A stretch of 64,000 nucleotides of DNA from an uncultured Melioribacter sp. (GTDB lineage: Bacteria > Bacteroidota > Ignavibacteria > Kapaibacteriales > Kapaibacteriaceae), in assembly GCA_964393485.1 (NCBI GenBank), contig CAYMTW010000003.1, positions 13,773 to 77,772 of the forward strand. Direction: 5' to 3'. Under the pieces are notes generated by a model that was given only the letters and a program-made list of their open reading frames with translations, was not told the origin of the DNA and ran no database searches. Shown here in pieces: positions 61,682 through 64,000 of this stretch. A program made the translations under genes and the position numbers. Numbering within the stretch: position 1 is the first letter of the stretch; each line of letters opens with the position of its first letter.

Positions 61682-63481
61682 TCAGAACGTGGTATTCACC
61701 GATAGTTGCAGCGTTTGTTCGGTGAACCCGGTACCTTTTGTGGTGACAGTACCGTAGGTGTATGAGCTTACGCCGTAATTCGCAATTAACGTGAGACTCT
61801 TGGTTGTCCGCCAGCGCAGGCCCCCTCGAAGGAATCTCTGGGTATCCGATGGGTTCGCACCAAACGTTGAATTCGCCACTGTGATCGAAAGCGTAGGGAT
61901 GAGCTGTCCACCAAGGAGTCGATACGAAGCGTTGACCCCATAGGATTGGACCTTTAAAACACCGGCCGTGAGCGTGTTTTGCACTTGGCTGGTATTTGCG
62001 CCGATCGTTAGCGGCACAGCTTCAACCACGCCCGTGTAGGCAAGCATAGCACTTCGCGTATTGTTGGATGATTCAACACCACTGACAACGTTGAAGTCAT
62101 CAAATCGATCGATGCCTACGCTAGCCGTTAGAGTGTGAATCACCGATGCGGCCGTAAAGGTTATCATGGGGTCGATACTAAACGACTCGCTCACATTCTG
62201 GATACGCTGCGAGTCGAGTGGGTTCTGTCGGTTGTTTCTCATTCCGAAGTTTGAGTAGGACGAAGACAGCGAGATTGCATCCGAGAACTGCACCGTCATC
62301 TGACCATTGGCAATGGTCTGCATCATCGCCTCGCCCTTCGTTTCCGAAAGGTTGTTCACCCGTTGTCCAATCGTTCCCGAAAGCGTGAAGTCGCCATTAA
62401 AGAGATTGAGCATCGGAGATACTTTGAGGTCAAGCCGATCTGTCTGTATGAACGGATAAGCAAGGGGCTGAAAGCCAGCGCCCATATACAGTCCGGATAC
62501 AGTAACACCCCACGTTGAATACCGCATACTGAGACTGGCACTGCCGGCACCGTCTATTCGAGTTGATGTTCGAGCGTCCAAGAGAAACGAAAGGGGGTTG
62601 TTTACCGGATCGACGAGGTTCGACCTCTGATCACGGGTGAAGATGGAAAGGGCCCCTTCTGCACTAAATGTCAGCGCCTGTCCCAGATTGATCTTCGTAT
62701 TGATGGATGCGATGGCTCCTTCTTCGGCGCGGAGCCTAAGCGTATCAGATGGAATGATGACGCTCGGATCGTCCTCAGCCGGACGTGACGGCAGAATTGA
62801 CGTAATGGTATTGCCTATCGATGTTGGGTCATCCTTGGCGTACACTACGTTGAGGCCCACCGACATTGAGTCCGGGTTACCAAACGCAATCCGCGCCATC
62901 GTCATATCCCTACGGTATGCTCCGGCAATGTTTCGCTCAGCGTTCGGTTCTACAGCCCGTTGACTTATCCCGCGCGAGGCTGACACCTGAACGCTTCCAG
63001 GGGTCAGATCGAAGCCTGCACCAAAGATCTGCAGGTCGCCCCCTGAGAGCTCCGACATTTGCGGAGTGTAGGAACCGAGATGCAGTTGAGCCCATCCGAT
63101 CTTCGGTGAAAAGCTCGATAGACCAAGCGCATTGGCTGGATTGGCAAAGAGCTCTGCCAGTGAAGGGGCTGTAATGGCGGGCGTCGTGGTGTTGGTTTCG
63201 GGGTAGGTGATCATCAACGTCAAGGGCAATGACAGCACTCCAGCGATGTTGATCGTCGGCGTAAAGACCAGCCGGTGCAGAGCAGCGGGACGCCGTCCTA
63301 CTTGAGAGCCAGCTGGGTTCGAGCTGTGCTCATAGAAATCCGACGATACCGAAGCGGCACCTGTTACTGTTATCCATGGTGAGGACGCAGAAGAATCGCC
63401 CGACTCTTCTTCCTGCGCCAGTGCGGCAACGCTGCTGCCCACCAGAATGGCCACAGACAAGAGCCTGAGTACTATCCGCAT
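61682..63481 (-). CDS. 600-aa outer-membrane beta-barrel protein, family unknown
   Basis: Start moved from 63751 to M91 (cat 63479..63481): MRIVLRLLSVAILVGSSVAALAQ signal. Alternating strands run throughout. The C-terminus LQLSVNTTF ends in an aromatic residue. The stop lies 2 nt before the next gene's ATG. Confidence 0.65.
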   Translation of the reverse strand: MRIVLRLLSVAILVGSSVAALAQEEESGDSSASSPWITVTGAASVSSDFYEHSSNPAGSQVGRRPAALHRLVFTPTINIAGVLSLPLTLMITYPETNTTTPAITAPSLAELFANPANALGLSSFSPKIGWAQLHLGSYTPQMSELSGGDLQIFGAGFDLTPGSVQVSASRGISQRAVEPNAERNIAGAYRRDMTMARIAFGNPDSMSVGLNVVYAKDDPTSIGNTITSILPSRPAEDDPSVIIPSDTLRLRAEEGAIASINTKINLGQALTFSAEGALSIFTRDQRSNLVDPVNNPLSFLLDARTSTRIDGAGSASLSMRYSTWGVTVSGLYMGAGFQPLAYPFIQTDRLDLKVSPMLNLFNGDFTLSGTIGQRVNNLSETKGEAMMQTIANGQMTVQFSDAISLSSSYSNFGMRNNRQNPLDSQRIQNVSESFSIDPMITFTAASVIHTLTASVGIDRFDDFNVVSGVESSNNTRSAMLAYTGVVEAVPLTIGANTSQVQNTLTAGVLKVQSYGVNASYRLLGGQLIPTLSITVANSTFGANPSDTQRFLRGGLRWRTTKSLTLIANYGVSSYTYGTVTTKGTGFTEQTLQLSVNTTF

Positions 63482-63554
63482 TTTTACCCCTAGAAACACC
63501 CCTGGCCGAAAATAGGGCAGTACGCGTGCTTTCCAAGTATTCTGCTCGTTACGA

Positions 63555-64000
63555 CTACGAAAGCCGCAGTCCGGCGTCAAGCAGGGTGTTGACCATCTCC
63601 ATGGAAGGGGCTTCTGCGTAAAAGCGGACAAGCGGCTCCGTGCCGGAGGCCCGGATAAGCAGCCAGCCGTCCTTGACGTAGAACTTGAACCCGTCGCGCG
63701 TATCGATCCGCTCCACCGGATACGTTCCGATCGTGGTCGGCTTCTTGGCACAGGCAGCCAGGATGGCCTGCTTTACCTCGTTGGTCACGTGAACATCACG
63801 GCGACGGTAGCGATGCGGGCCAAACTCCTCGTCGAGCTCGTCACAGAGCTGCTTAAGCGACTTCTTTGTGGTGGCCATCATCTCAAGAAGCAGCAGGCCG
63901 TTAAAGATGCCATCACGCTCAGGAATATGGAGTGACGTGCCGAGTCCACCGGACTCCTCGCCCCCTATCAGGATCTTTTCCTCGTTCATCAGCTTGGCCA
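63555..64000 (-). CDS. Alpha-D-phosphohexomutase (phosphoglucomutase/phosphomannomutase family), C-terminal part; 5' end beyond the window
   Basis: GGEESGG sugar-binding loop and IRASGTEPLVRFYAEA phosphate-binding loop. The reading frame stays open to the window edge. Confidence 0.85.
   Translation of the reverse strand, partial: AKLMNEEKILIGGEESGGLGTSLHIPERDGIFNGLLLLEMMATTKKSLKQLCDELDEEFGPHRYRRRDVHVTNEVKQAILAACAKKPTTIGTYPVERIDTRDGFKFYVKDGWLLIRASGTEPLVRFYAEAPSMEMVNTLLDAGLRLS

Noticed and set aside
61682-63751. Long N-terminal extensions of track ORFs (63751, 16241, 26949, 28432, 34616, 46457, 47574, 48632, 7573, 10643, 2450, 25583, 37170, 56671)
   Set aside because: The extensions overlap upstream genes or intergenic repeats and read as Arg/Pro/Ser-rich junk. 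Internal starts expose proper signal peptides, Tat leaders or canonical N-termini, so I trimmed them.
1-64000. Prophage, integrative element, defence island (RM, TA, CBASS, retron, DGR) or genomic island boundaries
   Set aside because: I see no integrase, recombinase, reverse transcriptase, nuclease/ATPase defence signatures, tRNA attachment sites or flanking direct repeats. Core genes are interspersed throughout.

Overview
A 64-kb, almost gap-free chromosomal segment. I call 51 protein-coding genes, 6 intergenic repeat loci and 2 intrinsic terminators. One gene at the left edge is missing from the supplied ORF track, and the right-edge gene is truncated. I see no rRNA, tRNA, CRISPR array, transposase, integrase, phage gene or recognisable defence gene. 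Housekeeping genes are present: prfA, nusB, ettA, fbp, Fe/Mn-SOD, leucine dehydrogenase, transaldolase, crtI, a ccmB-like gene, yajQ, a SpoU methyltransferase, thiamine pyrophosphokinase and an S41 peptidase. They are interleaved with an unusually dense set of exported proteins. Seven of those end in a type IX secretion (T9SS) C-terminal sorting domain (CTD). This points to an FCB-group bacterium (Bacteroidota / Ignavibacteriota / Chlorobiota-like); the exact taxon cannot be determined from this window. Four candidates look possibly undescribed. (1) A tightly packed three-gene envelope operon at 54.5-63.5 kb: a 600-aa outer-membrane beta-barrel, a 1,678-aa secreted giant without a T9SS tag, and a six-FN3 protein. 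I can place none of them in a functional family. (2) An operon at 12.9-18.1 kb: a DUF4397-repeat lipoprotein, a small T9SS cargo, and an IgGFc-binding-type passenger fused to its own C-terminal beta-barrel (autotransporter-like). A T9SS-tagged paralogue lies at 2.5-5.5 kb. (3) A modular family of intergenic repeats at five loci, built from GT-rich 7-mers, TCCGTAAY-type 8-mers and a GTCATYCC hairpin unit. The modules join at conserved junctions, and some supply the stop codons of flanking genes. (4) An MbnP-like protein carrying a T9SS tag, followed by two translationally coupled MbnH-like di-haem peroxidases. All functional calls come from motif recognition by eye. No searches or computations were run.
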